Shown here: in pieces, positions 18,694 to 28,744 of the stretch | Layout of the letters: each line of letters opens with the position of its first letter | Position numbering within the stretch: the first letter of the stretch is position 1 | Made by a program: the position numbers and the translations under genes | Assembly (NCBI GenBank): GCA_903843235.1 | Contig: CAIMOW010000045.1 | Location: 1 to 54,082 of the forward strand | Direction of reading: 5' to 3' | DNA: 54,082 nt | Source: an uncultured beta proteobacterium | GTDB taxonomy: Bacteria > Pseudomonadota > Gammaproteobacteria > Burkholderiales > Burkholderiaceae | Notes under the pieces: model-generated | Database searches by the model: none | The model's input: the letters and a program-made list of their open reading frames with translations, nothing else | What the model was told of the DNA's origin: nothing

Positions 18694-19182
18694 TTAATTT
18701 AACTTGTGCGGCTTTCCAAATCGTCCTTCATTGGGATATACCGGCGTAGTAGAAACTGGCCCCATACCGATAATCTGAATTTCGGTATCGCCTTTAATGG
18801 CGCCATCAAAGTGCACTACCCCCGCCGGGTGAAACATCATGCTGCCGGCTGGCAAGCCAACAGTCGTAGCTGGATCCCAACTAGCGTCAGTGCCTGCATA
18901 CCAAGTACCCTTGATAACCGTTACAAAACGATCTTGTGTGTGGAAATGCGGCGAACTCATGATTCCAGTGGGAAATATATTTCTGACCACATAGATGCCG
19001 GATTTATTAGGGTCACCATATAAAACCGCTGTTTTAACACCGGCCGGAGCATCACCCCAAACCACTTGGTCTGGTTTAACGACGACAAAATCTTTTGGAC
19101 AGCTTTGAGCCTGAGCTGAGAATGTAGTCGTAGCTGCTGCTAGGGTCAAAAAAGTCACTTTGCAAAAATCCAATAGCCTCAT
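18694..19182 (-). CDS. Exported cupin domain protein
   Basis: Signal peptide, LYGDP, PHFHTQDR...VIKGTW, PAGVVHFD cupin motifs. Confidence 0.85.
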   Translation of the reverse strand: MRLLDFCKVTFLTLAAATTTFSAQAQSCPKDFVVVKPDQVVWGDAPAGVKTAVLYGDPNKSGIYVVRNIFPTGIMSSPHFHTQDRFVTVIKGTWYAGTDASWDPATTVGLPAGSMMFHPAGVVHFDGAIKGDTEIQIIGMGPVSTTPVYPNEGRFGKPHKLN

Positions 19183-19341
19183 CATCATCTCCAAATATCG
19201 TTATTTTTAGTTACCACCTTTTGAGCCAATCTAACATGTTGAATTGCAAAGCTCCCTAAGGGATTACCCCCTACCTATACATATAGACCCCTGTTTTGCG
19301 CTAAGCTTCTAAGCATAAAAAGAAGTAAAAAAGGAGGCAAT

Positions 19342-19953
19342 ATGAAATACGTACTTTGTTGCGCACTTGCGCTCATGGCTAGCACTTCCTTGCTCGCCCA
19401 AGGAAAAGTAAACCCAACAGACCCACAACCAAGTTGTTATATGTGTCCAGGAACTTTTATTCCTGTCGATGAGCTCAATGCCTATACGAAAAAAGCGATA
19501 GAAGAAAAGCACATCGATCAGCAAGTGCGTGATATTGATATTGGCAAAGCCAGAGTGGGCATCGGAATGGTCTACCGTGGAAAGCTTGATGCACCCAATT
19601 CAGACTCCGTGGCCGAGCATGATCAAATTAGTGAGGTGTATCACATCATCTCAGGATCTGGCACTTTAGTGCTGGGTCCTGACATTACTAATAGGCAACG
19701 CAGGCCGGCCACACAAAAGACCGTTGTTGAATTTAATGGCCCCGGCAATAACGGGACTGAGATTTTAAACGGCATCACGCGCGAATTAAAACCGGGTGAT
19801 GTTGTAGTGATTCCCGCGGGCACTGGGCACTGGTTTACCAAAATTGATGATCACATTAACTATCTCATGATTCGTCTTGACCCCGATAAGATCACACCAT
19901 TAAAAGGTGAGGCGCAATCTAAAGATTACTTATCAAAACCTGCAACACGCTAA
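19342..19953 (+). CDS. Exported cupin domain protein
   Basis: GGAGG RBS, signal peptide, AEHDQISEVYHIISGSG and PGDVVVIPAGTGHWF; N-terminal CYMC. Confidence 0.85.
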   Translation: MKYVLCCALALMASTSLLAQGKVNPTDPQPSCYMCPGTFIPVDELNAYTKKAIEEKHIDQQVRDIDIGKARVGIGMVYRGKLDAPNSDSVAEHDQISEVYHIISGSGTLVLGPDITNRQRRPATQKTVVEFNGPGNNGTEILNGITRELKPGDVVVIPAGTGHWFTKIDDHINYLMIRLDPDKITPLKGEAQSKDYLSKPATR

Positions 19954-19963
19954 GAAGAAAATA

Positions 19964-21049
19964 ATGAAAACATATATTCGTAGCTTTTTCCTAATCCTAC
20001 TGATTGCAATTTGTGGTGGCGCCTATGCGCAATCGTTAACCAAAGCACCTCAATATAAAGTTGACCCCTATTGGCCAAAGCCTTTACCAAACAATTGGAT
20101 TTTGGGACAAGTTGCAGGTGTAGCAACTGATGCAAATGATCACATTTGGATCATTCATCGTCCGCTCACTGTTACCGATGATGAAAAGGGCGCCACATTA
20201 ACTCCTAGACGATCTAAGTGCTGCGTACCTGCACCCCCTGTTTTAGAGTTTGATAAACAAGGAAATCTATTACATGCTTGGGGTGGCCAGGGAACAGGTT
20301 ATGACTGGCCCAAAAATGAGCATGGTATTTATATTGAACCCAGTGGAAATGTTTGGGTGGGCGGCAATGATGTTACTGATCACATGATCTTGAAGTTCAC
20401 TCCACAAGGAAAATTTCTCTTGCAAATTGGTGGCAAAGGGGAAAGTTTGGGCAGCAATAACACCACTCAGCTAGGTCGCCCTGCTCATATGAACGTGGAT
20501 CCTACTGCTAATGAAATTTATGTTGCAGATGGCTATCTCAATAAACGCGTGATTGTGTTTGATTCAAACACCGGAGCCTATAAGCGTCATTGGGGCGCTT
20601 ATGGAAACGTACCGAGTGATGAAAAGATGGCTAATTTTAATCCTAAGTCTCCACAATTTGCTAACCCAGTGCATTGCGTGCGTTTGATGAAGGACAACAC
20701 ACTCTTTGTATGTGATCGCGCCAATAATCGCATTCAGGTATTTGAGAAGAGTGGAAAATTTATTCGTGAAATGGCTTACGAAACAGAAACAAAGGGATCA
20801 GGCTCCGTGTGGGACCTTATTCCTTCAGATGCAAGCCAAAAATATATTCTGATTGCCGATGGCACTAATAATGAAGTGACTGTACTTGTCCGCGAGACTG
20901 GTCAGAAAGTGGGCTCCTTTGGGAGAAGCGGTCGAAACGCTGGTGATTTCCATTGGGTGCATAACATTGCCGTGGATTCAGATGGAAGTGTTTACACCAC
21001 CGAAGTCGATACGGGCAAACGCGCTCAACGATTTATTACATTAAAATAA
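19964..21049 (+). CDS. Exported NHL-repeat beta-propeller (peptidyl-alpha-hydroxyglycine lyase-like)
   Basis: Signal peptide from ATG 19964; DPYWPKPLP, YVADGYLNKRVIVFD, VCDRANNRIQVF, HNIAVDSDGSVY. Confidence 0.82.
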   Translation: MKTYIRSFFLILLIAICGGAYAQSLTKAPQYKVDPYWPKPLPNNWILGQVAGVATDANDHIWIIHRPLTVTDDEKGATLTPRRSKCCVPAPPVLEFDKQGNLLHAWGGQGTGYDWPKNEHGIYIEPSGNVWVGGNDVTDHMILKFTPQGKFLLQIGGKGESLGSNNTTQLGRPAHMNVDPTANEIYVADGYLNKRVIVFDSNTGAYKRHWGAYGNVPSDEKMANFNPKSPQFANPVHCVRLMKDNTLFVCDRANNRIQVFEKSGKFIREMAYETETKGSGSVWDLIPSDASQKYILIADGTNNEVTVLVRETGQKVGSFGRSGRNAGDFHWVHNIAVDSDGSVYTTEVDTGKRAQRFITLK

Positions 21050-21062
21050 TCAAAGGCTCAGA

Positions 21063-21818
21063 TTGAAATACCTAGTCACCGGCATCGCCGCCCTACTTTT
21101 AAACACATCAGCAATGGCGCAACTCACCGTCATGATCTCTGGTGGCTTTAGTGGGCCCTACCAGAAGATGCTTCCGCAATTTAAAAAAATGACGGGAGTA
21201 ACTGTCACCACTTTATCAGGTGCATCTCAGGGCTCCGGTCCTAAAACCATCAAAGCTCAGCTTGATAAAGGCATTGATGTAGATGTAGTCATCCTATCGA
21301 GAGAAGGTCTTGCCGAATTAATGGCAGCTGGAAAAATTATTCCAGGAACAGATCTTGATTTAGCAACTGCACCCTTGGGTGCAGCAATTCCTGCAGGAGT
21401 AGCAAAACCTCAAATCAGAACAGTTGCAGAATTAAAACAAAGCCTCATTGATACAAAATTTATCGTTGTGCCCGGGAGCACTAGCGGCATCTATCTGGTT
21501 GGTGAACTATTTCCTCGGCTTGGTCTCACCAATCTAATATCCGTTAAGGTAACCGAGCGCGGCAAAGAAGCAACTACGATGTTGGCAGCAAAAGAAGTTG
21601 GTATGGCTATTCAACCGACAAGCGAGTTAGTGAACGTTGCTGGGATTGACTATATCGGTCGACTTCCAAAAGAGGTGCAGCTAATACAAACCTTTTCTGC
21701 CGCAGTGGTGACTGGATCAAAAGAGTCAAAATCCGCCCAGCAATTGATCCAGCTACTCGCCTCTAAACAAGCAGCACAAGCCATACAAAACAGCGGGATG
21801 GACCTCATTCAAAGATAA
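21063..21818 (+). CDS. Stand-alone ModA-like substrate-binding protein
   Basis: Signal peptide, VMISGGF, STSGIYL, QPTSEL, LPKEVQ; no permease adjacent. Confidence 0.75.
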   Translation: MKYLVTGIAALLLNTSAMAQLTVMISGGFSGPYQKMLPQFKKMTGVTVTTLSGASQGSGPKTIKAQLDKGIDVDVVILSREGLAELMAAGKIIPGTDLDLATAPLGAAIPAGVAKPQIRTVAELKQSLIDTKFIVVPGSTSGIYLVGELFPRLGLTNLISVKVTERGKEATTMLAAKEVGMAIQPTSELVNVAGIDYIGRLPKEVQLIQTFSAAVVTGSKESKSAQQLIQLLASKQAAQAIQNSGMDLIQR

Positions 21819-21884
21819 AACGACAGCACCATTAGAGTGTGGGTGATAAGACGCCATTTATAGAGCTCAAGTAATATAGTGTCT

Positions 21885-23495
21885 ATGAGCATAAATACCA
21901 TACTACCAAGCAAAGTTCCTGGGTGGTTGGCTCCCCTGAAGTCATTTCCTGTTTTTCGAGCGCTATGGTCTACGTGGTTGGTTGCCAACGTCTGCATGTA
22001 TACCAATGATGTAGCAGCAGCTTGGATGATGACCTCGCTGACCACATCAGCAACATTGATTGCCTTAGTACAAACTGCTTCAAATCTGCCGGTACTTTTA
22101 TTGGGCGTACCTAGCGGGGCTCTGGCCGACATTTTGAATCGTAAGCATTTTCTGGTCTTTACGCAACTCTGGCTAGCAGCCAATGCCACCTTATTATTTT
22201 TCTCTTCGGCATTCGGCCTACTTAATCCAATATTCTTATTAATACTGACCTTTATTAATGGAATTGGTTTGGCCATGCGCTGGCCAGTCTATGCAGCAAT
22301 TGTCCCGGATCTTGTTCCGCGAGATTCACTACATCTCGCTTTGGGGCTCAACTCCATTGCTATGAATGCATCCCGCATTTTGGGCCCACTGATTGCTGGA
22401 CTTATTATTGCCAGCATCGGTACTGAGTTTGTTTTTGCCCTCAATATGATCCTTTCCTTGGGTATGACCTGGATGGTCATCCGCTGGAAAAATGAGAGCT
22501 ATGTTTCCACTTTGCCAGGCGAGCGCTTCTTTGGTGCCATGCGTCTTGGAGCCCAATATATACGCCAATCTAAACCAATGCGTTCAATCCTGCTGAGATC
22601 GTTCTTATTTTTTATGCAGTCTTCGAGTTTGCTTGCCCTGCTCCCAGTGATTGCAAAAGATCACTTTCATGGCAATGCCAATACCTTCACCTTATTACTA
22701 TCGTGCTTGGGATTTGGCGCCATTATTGTTGGCTCGCAACTACAAGCTTTGCGAGCACGCTGGAACCCAAATCAACTGGCTACCTACGGAATTATTTTTC
22801 TTTCAATTGGCTCAGTTGGTGTAGTGTTGGTCCCCAATGTTTGGTACGCGGCTCCACTGATGGTCATGAGTGGCATGTCCTGGTTCTCTGTTGGCAATTC
22901 ACTCAGCACTGCCTCGCAATTGTCACTTCCCAATTGGATTCGCGCGCGGGGCATGTCCTTTTATCAAATGAGTCTCATGGGGGGCAGCGCGCTTGGGGCA
23001 TTTGTTTGGGGAAAGCTTACTACCTCACATAATGTCACCGTTAGTATTTGCGTTAGCGCCGTATTTGGATTGGTAATGCTAGTCTTGATTCGCAAGCATC
23101 CTGTGAATGGTCATGAGGTAGAAGACTTAACACCTGTTTGCCCGATAGAGCGTCCACATCCATCCCGAGATATCGACCCTGATGAAGGCCCCGTAATGAT
23201 CTCAATGGAGTATCACGTCAATAAAGGGCACATAGAGCAATTTAAAAAATTAATGGCTAAGACCCGAAGATCCAGGCTCAAACAAGGAGCACTATCTTGG
23301 AGTCTGTTCGAAGATGCCGAGCATGCCGGCAAGTTCTTGGAATATTTTGTATTTGAAACTTGGGCCGACTATCTCAGACGATTTGACCGCTTTACAGCTG
23401 ATGACTTAGCCATGCAAGAAGAGCGGCATCGCTTTCATATTGACTCTAGCCCTCCCAGGCTCACTAGACGCATTGCTTCTGCACTAAAAAGCTAA
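21885..23495 (+). CDS. MFS transporter (MFS_3) with C-terminal soluble domain
   Basis: About 12 TM helices, GALADILNRK motif, tail GPVMISMEY...EYFVFETWADYLR. Confidence 0.88.
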   Translation: MSINTILPSKVPGWLAPLKSFPVFRALWSTWLVANVCMYTNDVAAAWMMTSLTTSATLIALVQTASNLPVLLLGVPSGALADILNRKHFLVFTQLWLAANATLLFFSSAFGLLNPIFLLILTFINGIGLAMRWPVYAAIVPDLVPRDSLHLALGLNSIAMNASRILGPLIAGLIIASIGTEFVFALNMILSLGMTWMVIRWKNESYVSTLPGERFFGAMRLGAQYIRQSKPMRSILLRSFLFFMQSSSLLALLPVIAKDHFHGNANTFTLLLSCLGFGAIIVGSQLQALRARWNPNQLATYGIIFLSIGSVGVVLVPNVWYAAPLMVMSGMSWFSVGNSLSTASQLSLPNWIRARGMSFYQMSLMGGSALGAFVWGKLTTSHNVTVSICVSAVFGLVMLVLIRKHPVNGHEVEDLTPVCPIERPHPSRDIDPDEGPVMISMEYHVNKGHIEQFKKLMAKTRRSRLKQGALSWSLFEDAEHAGKFLEYFVFETWADYLRRFDRFTADDLAMQEERHRFHIDSSPPRLTRRIASALKS

Positions 23496-23585
23496 TTAGT
23501 CGTCGCCCCTGACTGCATTTAAGGACTTTAGTGCTGAGGTGTAGCACCCGTGACAATCAATGATCACTCTGCATCTCTCTGGTTA

Positions 23586-24374
23586 TCATTTTATTTGGGT
23601 AGCAAGACCTTGAATTCCAGAGCGCTCAATGATCGCTTTTAATTTTCCTGAGGCAATCATTTCATTAACGAACATATTTAATTGCTCAGTCGTACCATTT
23701 TTATTTAACGGGGTTCCCAAGGCAAGGCTTTCATAGCCAATGACTACTGGGAGCACTCTCGACTCAGGTGTACTTGCTGCCATTTCATACAGGATAGCTT
23801 TATTGCTTGAAAACCCATCAAGTTCACCAGACTTAAGAAGCTCAATAGCTTGCTTCGTAGAAATGGTTTGAACCAGTGTGGCATTCGGGATCAGTTCTGG
23901 GAGCTCTCGCGCAGAATTGCTACCCATACTGTAGCCAATCTTGATTTTCTTTTGATTCACCTCAGAAGGCAAATTGATTTTGCTTCGAGGGCCAATTAAA
24001 TATCCCTTTTCAATTTGAATCACTGTCTTTGAAAATTGAATATATTGAGCCCTATCTGCACTGGCATTGGTAAATACTAAATCGACCTCACCTTTTTTAA
24101 CAGCCGCTAGAACATCAGCATTCTTTTCGAAAACCACTGGAGAGTATTTAACATCTAACTTAGCAGAGAGATCTCTTCCTAATTCGTATCCAATTCCCCG
24201 AGACTCACCACCGACAGAGTTGGCCTGCAAGATTGAGGTTGGAGTGCCTTTATAAAGACCCATCTTTAATTCCCCTTGAGGAGTTAAAGGGTTCTGTGGC
24301 TGAGTGGAGCAAGCGCAGAGAAATATCGAACAAACCAGTCCACAAACTTTCACCCAAGATAAACGATATCTCAT
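23586..24374 (-). CDS. Family 3 substrate-binding lipoprotein
   Basis: Lipobox-like LCAC, GELKMG, GEVDL, LKSGELD. Confidence 0.75.
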   Translation of the reverse strand: MRYRLSWVKVCGLVCSIFLCACSTQPQNPLTPQGELKMGLYKGTPTSILQANSVGGESRGIGYELGRDLSAKLDVKYSPVVFEKNADVLAAVKKGEVDLVFTNASADRAQYIQFSKTVIQIEKGYLIGPRSKINLPSEVNQKKIKIGYSMGSNSARELPELIPNATLVQTISTKQAIELLKSGELDGFSSNKAILYEMAASTPESRVLPVVIGYESLALGTPLNKNGTTEQLNMFVNEMIASGKLKAIIERSGIQGLATQIK

Positions 24375-24392
24375 AAGCTTATTTTCTGAGGA

Positions 24393-25358
24393 TTAATCAG
24401 GTTGAATATTGGCATCACGAACTAGCTTTTCATAACGTTTTCGCTCTGAATTTAGAAAGGCCATAAATTGTGCTGTGCTACCGGGGCTTACCTCACCACC
24501 AACCGAAGTCAAGCGTTCAATCATGTCTTTTGACTTCAGTGCTTTCTCAACCTCTGCATGCAATGTCTTCACAATCGCTGCAGGCGTTTTAGCGGGTGCG
24601 ATTAAGCCATACCAAACAGATGCCTCAAATCCAGGAAATCCAGACTCTGCAATAGTGGGCACACCTGGAAACAATGGGGAACGCTTAGCACTCATCACTG
24701 CAATGATTTTGAGATTCCCAGCTTTAACCTGGGGAGCAATTTCAAGTATATTCATCGCCACCAAATCTAACTGACCTCCAATCAAATCAGTAATGGCAGG
24801 TGCGCCCCCTTTATATGGAACATGCTTAAAAGAAACGCCGGCAGCCTGCTCAAAGAATTTCATGGCCATATGCGGGGTTGCGCCATTACCTGGTGACCCG
24901 TAGGTAACGAAATCAGGATTAGCTTTTGCCGCCTTAATTAGGTCTGATAACTTTTGATACTTACTTCCGGGAGTTGTTGCTATAACTACTGGTACATTAC
25001 CAATTAAGGCAATTGGAGTGATATCTTTATCAATATCAAATGGCTGGGGTTTGTATAGGGCCATATTTGCAGCCAAGGCATTGGCTGCAATCATCAGCGT
25101 ATATCCATCTGGTGTGCTGTCAATTAACTGCTTAACCGCAATATTGGTCCCAGCACCTGGCTTGTTCTCAATGACAAAGGTTTGTCCCATCGAGCCTGAA
25201 AGGTTTTGCCCCAAACTTCTTGCCACCAAATCTACTGCGCCGCCTGGTGCATATCCAACAAGAACCTTAATCGGCTTGTTCGGATAGTCTTGAGCCATCG
25301 AGTGGACTGAGAACAAAAGCCCGCAAAACAATAAAACATTGGAGATTATCTTCTTCAT
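24393..25358 (-). CDS. Bug/TctC tripartite tricarboxylate transporter substrate-binding protein
   Basis: YPNKPI, PGGAVD, ENKPGAG, HVPYKGG. Confidence 0.93.
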   Translation of the reverse strand: MKKIISNVLLFCGLLFSVHSMAQDYPNKPIKVLVGYAPGGAVDLVARSLGQNLSGSMGQTFVIENKPGAGTNIAVKQLIDSTPDGYTLMIAANALAANMALYKPQPFDIDKDITPIALIGNVPVVIATTPGSKYQKLSDLIKAAKANPDFVTYGSPGNGATPHMAMKFFEQAAGVSFKHVPYKGGAPAITDLIGGQLDLVAMNILEIAPQVKAGNLKIIAVMSAKRSPLFPGVPTIAESGFPGFEASVWYGLIAPAKTPAAIVKTLHAEVEKALKSKDMIERLTSVGGEVSPGSTAQFMAFLNSERKRYEKLVRDANIQPD

Positions 25359-25363
25359 TATTT

Positions 25364-26314
25364 TTACTCTCTAGGAGCCCCTGACATTCTGACAATACCT
25401 TCGTAACGTTTAATCTCAGATTGAGAAAATTTAGTGAAATCAGCAACAGAACCACCATCTACCTGCGCACCAATAGCTTGCAGATGCTGCTTCACCTCGG
25501 GGTCTTTTAACACCTTATTAAAGGCTGCATTCAGTTTGTCCGCAATATCTTTCGGGGCGCCAGCCGGAAGCATGACGCCATACCAGGCGTTAGCTACCAT
25601 CGTTACTCCCACTTCTTTCATCGTGGGGACATTAGGCAACTCAGGAATACGTTTTTCAGCAGCAATGCCAAGGGCTTTTAACTTGCCCGCTTTAATATTA
25701 TTGAGCGAGCCAGTATCTAACATCATGTCAATATGGCCAGCCATCAAATCAACTGCTGCAGGGCCACTTCCCTTGTAGGGAACGTGACGAATATCCAAAC
25801 TAGTGACCGTTTTAAATTGCGCTCCAGCCAAATGCTGAGAAGCGCCAATACCGGCTGATCCATAAGTAAACTTTCCAGGATTCTGCTTCACATCAGTTAT
25901 GAGATCTTTCATGGTGTTCCAAGGTGATGAAGCAGGCACAACCATGATGTTTGGAATCGTGCAGACCAATACTACTGGCGTGAAATCTTTAGCGGCATCA
26001 AATCCTTGATTTGCAAATAAATGAGGGCCTGCAGCATTGGTAGAGCTCGTAGCCATCAGAATAGAGTAACCATCAGGCTTGTCTTGTACAAAAGCTTGGG
26101 TGCCAATATTCCCACCTGCCCCACCCTTGTTCTCAACAAATACTGAAACGCCAAGCTCTTTCGTTAAGGGTTGAACCAAGATGCGCGCCACTTGATCTGT
26201 TGCTCCGCCTGGGGGCCACGGAACCAAAAACTTAATTGACTTGTCTGGGTATGCGGCGAAGGCGTTGATCGCCAGAGCACTTAAAGCAAGAGCGATGAGG
26301 GCTTCTATTTTCAT
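25364..26314 (-). CDS. Bug/TctC substrate-binding protein
   Basis: PWPPGGATD, ENKGGAGG, HVPYKGSGPA. Confidence 0.93.
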   Translation of the reverse strand: MKIEALIALALSALAINAFAAYPDKSIKFLVPWPPGGATDQVARILVQPLTKELGVSVFVENKGGAGGNIGTQAFVQDKPDGYSILMATSSTNAAGPHLFANQGFDAAKDFTPVVLVCTIPNIMVVPASSPWNTMKDLITDVKQNPGKFTYGSAGIGASQHLAGAQFKTVTSLDIRHVPYKGSGPAAVDLMAGHIDMMLDTGSLNNIKAGKLKALGIAAEKRIPELPNVPTMKEVGVTMVANAWYGVMLPAGAPKDIADKLNAAFNKVLKDPEVKQHLQAIGAQVDGGSVADFTKFSQSEIKRYEGIVRMSGAPRE

Positions 26315-26979
26315 AGGGCACCTTTTTGTTTCAAACTCGCATCAACCCAAGCATCGTTATATTGACCATCCAGAATAGATTGGATGATTTTGCGTTCAGT
26401 CGTTTCTTTTTCCTTGCCTAACTTAGCGGCCTCGAGCGCGATATTTGGTGACAGAGCAATGATCCCATCACAGTCGCCCAAAATGATATCGCCCGGATTA
26501 ACGACCATCCCACCAATACTGATTGATATATTGATTGATCCAGGACCGTCCTTATAAGGACCGCGCATATTTACGCCACGAGCCCAGCATGGAAACTTAT
26601 GCTTCTCAAACGCATCTACGTCACGAATGGCACCATCAAAGACGCAACCAATAGCGCCTTTCAATTTGGCAACCGTCATCATGATTTCACCAAATAAGGC
26701 ACGCGAGATATCGCCACTACCATCTACTACCAAGACATCACCTGGTTTTAGGATTTGCAAGGCTTTATGAATCAAGAGATTGTCACCAGCGCGAACGCTC
26801 ACCGTTACGGCATTGCCACAAACCGAGACAGAAGATTTATTCACCGGCAGAATACCGACGGCACCAATTGTTCTTCCCATTACATCACTCACCACTGAGG
26901 TTGCCAGTCCCGTTAGGGCAGAGATGCCATCTTGAAAGGCTTCTTTCCTTGGATGAATTTCAATCCCAGTTGTACTCAT
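26311..26979 (-). CDS. RraA family / HMG aldolase-like protein
   Basis: GDNLLIHKA, PGDVLVVDG, GEIM, DGAIRD, PGDIILGDCDG. Confidence 0.88.
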   Translation of the reverse strand: MSTTGIEIHPRKEAFQDGISALTGLATSVVSDVMGRTIGAVGILPVNKSSVSVCGNAVTVSVRAGDNLLIHKALQILKPGDVLVVDGSGDISRALFGEIMMTVAKLKGAIGCVFDGAIRDVDAFEKHKFPCWARGVNMRGPYKDGPGSINISISIGGMVVNPGDIILGDCDGIIALSPNIALEAAKLGKEKETTERKIIQSILDGQYNDAWVDASLKQKGAL

Positions 26980-27000
26980 TAAAAAATCTCCTTAATTAAT

Positions 27001-27028
27001 TTATATTGTTTTAACCATGTCAATATAA
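27001..27028. promoter_or_regulatory. Inverted repeat overlapping a minus-strand TTGACA upstream of the RraA-Bug operon
   Basis: TTATATTG-N12-CAATATAA. Confidence 0.4.
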
Positions 27029-27105
27029 CGCAAATATATTGCCTTGTTCCTAAACTTTGGGGCTAAATTCAGCCTATGATTTACTCTTTTAGCTGAAACT
27101 AACGA

Positions 27106-27486
27106 ATGCTCAAAATCACACACCCAAACGATCTCTTAGAGCTTGCGCTCACGAATAAGTTGACCTCAGAATGCGGGACGTGCAATGCATTAATGAACCC
27201 AGGCTGGGAGTCTGTCCCTGGAAGTTTTAATCTTAAGCTCTTGAAACTCATTGGCACACTTCGGAATGAAGACAGCCCAGAGACCTGGGAGGAATACCAC
27301 CCGAATGGAACCCACTCATGGTCTGCTGATGCGCCAATAGCTATTGGCTACCACCCTTACAGCCGGTGCGACATCTATCAGTGTATTGATTGCACTCGCA
27401 AGTACCTAAGATACGGAGAATATGGAGGCTACTATATTGATGAGCGTGTCAGACCACTCAATGCATACCTAATTGCTAAAGGCTAG
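27106..27486 (+). CDS. Hypothetical protein, probable Zn-binding
   Basis: CGTC and CDIYQCIDC pairs, EEYHP, EYGGYY; followed by a hairpin. Confidence 0.7.
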   Translation: MLKITHPNDLLELALTNKLTSECGTCNALMNPGWESVPGSFNLKLLKLIGTLRNEDSPETWEEYHPNGTHSWSADAPIAIGYHPYSRCDIYQCIDCTRKYLRYGEYGGYYIDERVRPLNAYLIAKG

Positions 27487-27505
27487 CCACCCAAAGATGG
27501 CTAGC
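27482..27505. terminator. Hairpin between convergent genes
   Basis: GCTAGCCA-CCCAAAGA-TGGCTAGC. Confidence 0.5.
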
Positions 27506-27520
27506 GTGGCAACTTAATAC

Positions 27521-28564
27521 TTAGTTCTCTGGCTTAAAGCCGCTATCCAAGAATTCCTGTACTCCCGCAAACATCAACATACGATTCTTTTCCATGATGA
27601 TGGTGTGCGTGCCTTCGCTGATTTGGAGCATTTCCTTGTATGGAGCATTTTCAAGCTTGGTGAAATACTCATACATCATGTAGCTTGGTAGATCAGCATC
27701 CCACTCCGCGTGCACTAACATAACCGGCACCCGAATATCTTTTGGCTCATAAACCGGTTTCCCAGCAGTCCAGTACTCACGCGCATCTTGCACGGTTCCG
27801 TTAGGGGCCCGTAACTTCTTAGGTGTTTGTGTTTTACCCCAAGGGTCAGTGTCAAAAGTAGCATTGGCCCATTTCTCAAACCAACCCTCTGGAATCAAAC
27901 TGGCTTTTGCATTTTCTGGAACACCAGTTAACCAACGATTTTTAGCATCAGCAATCGATGCGACTCGATATGCCCCAAGCGCACCGCCCTTGTCCGTTAA
28001 CGGTGCGCCACCCTGGCGTAACCACTGAGGTGCATATAAGACTAGCTTATTAACCTTCTCATTATGTTCAGCGGTGTACTTACCCATAATGGTTGTTCCC
28101 CATGACCAGCCGAGTAAATTCATCTTCTGAATATTGCGCTTCTTCAAGATGTACTCGACAGCACTGGAAACATCGCTCACGGCAACATCGGTACGTACAA
28201 GGGGTGCGTTTTGTTCTGCGGGTTGATCCATCTCCGGTGGACGGGTTGATTTTCCATAGCCGCGCAAATCAACCAACCAAACGTCATACCCTCTCGTTGC
28301 CATGTACTCCATCCAAGAAGTTCCACCTAGCGACAAATCAAAAGCAGTTTCTGCTGGATAAGTAGAACCATGCACATACAGCAGCGTTTTCTCTGCTGTG
28401 AATTTCTTCATACCAGCTAAGTGCTTATTACGTACGTAAAGTGAAATGCTGGGCGTATCGCTTTCCACCATATATTCATTCATTTGGATCTTTCCGGCAG
28501 CAAATGCCTGACCAATACCAATGAAAGAAATAAGTAAAGCAAGGATCTTGTAGGTGATTTTCAT
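27521..28564 (-). CDS. Exported alpha/beta hydrolase
   Basis: Signal peptide, YVHGSTY, DLRGYGKS, GWSWG nucleophile elbow, EWD, GTH. Confidence 0.88.
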   Translation of the reverse strand: MKITYKILALLISFIGIGQAFAAGKIQMNEYMVESDTPSISLYVRNKHLAGMKKFTAEKTLLYVHGSTYPAETAFDLSLGGTSWMEYMATRGYDVWLVDLRGYGKSTRPPEMDQPAEQNAPLVRTDVAVSDVSSAVEYILKKRNIQKMNLLGWSWGTTIMGKYTAEHNEKVNKLVLYAPQWLRQGGAPLTDKGGALGAYRVASIADAKNRWLTGVPENAKASLIPEGWFEKWANATFDTDPWGKTQTPKKLRAPNGTVQDAREYWTAGKPVYEPKDIRVPVMLVHAEWDADLPSYMMYEYFTKLENAPYKEMLQISEGTHTIIMEKNRMLMFAGVQEFLDSGFKPEN

Positions 28565-28744
28565 TTAGTCTCCATATGAGTTCAAACTCATTTTTATTGT
28601 GTTTTCTTAAATTTTACTAGTTGCTAAGCCTTAGTATCACCTAAAAATGAACACTCCATTAGATGGCTGCTTTACCCAAAGAAAAAGCCACCCAAAGTGG
28701 CTAAAACTGCCAAAGCAATTACAAGACTTCCAACAAACAAATAT

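Noticed and set aside
21809-22276. 155-aa minus-strand ORF
   Set aside because: Antisense shadow of the MFS gene.
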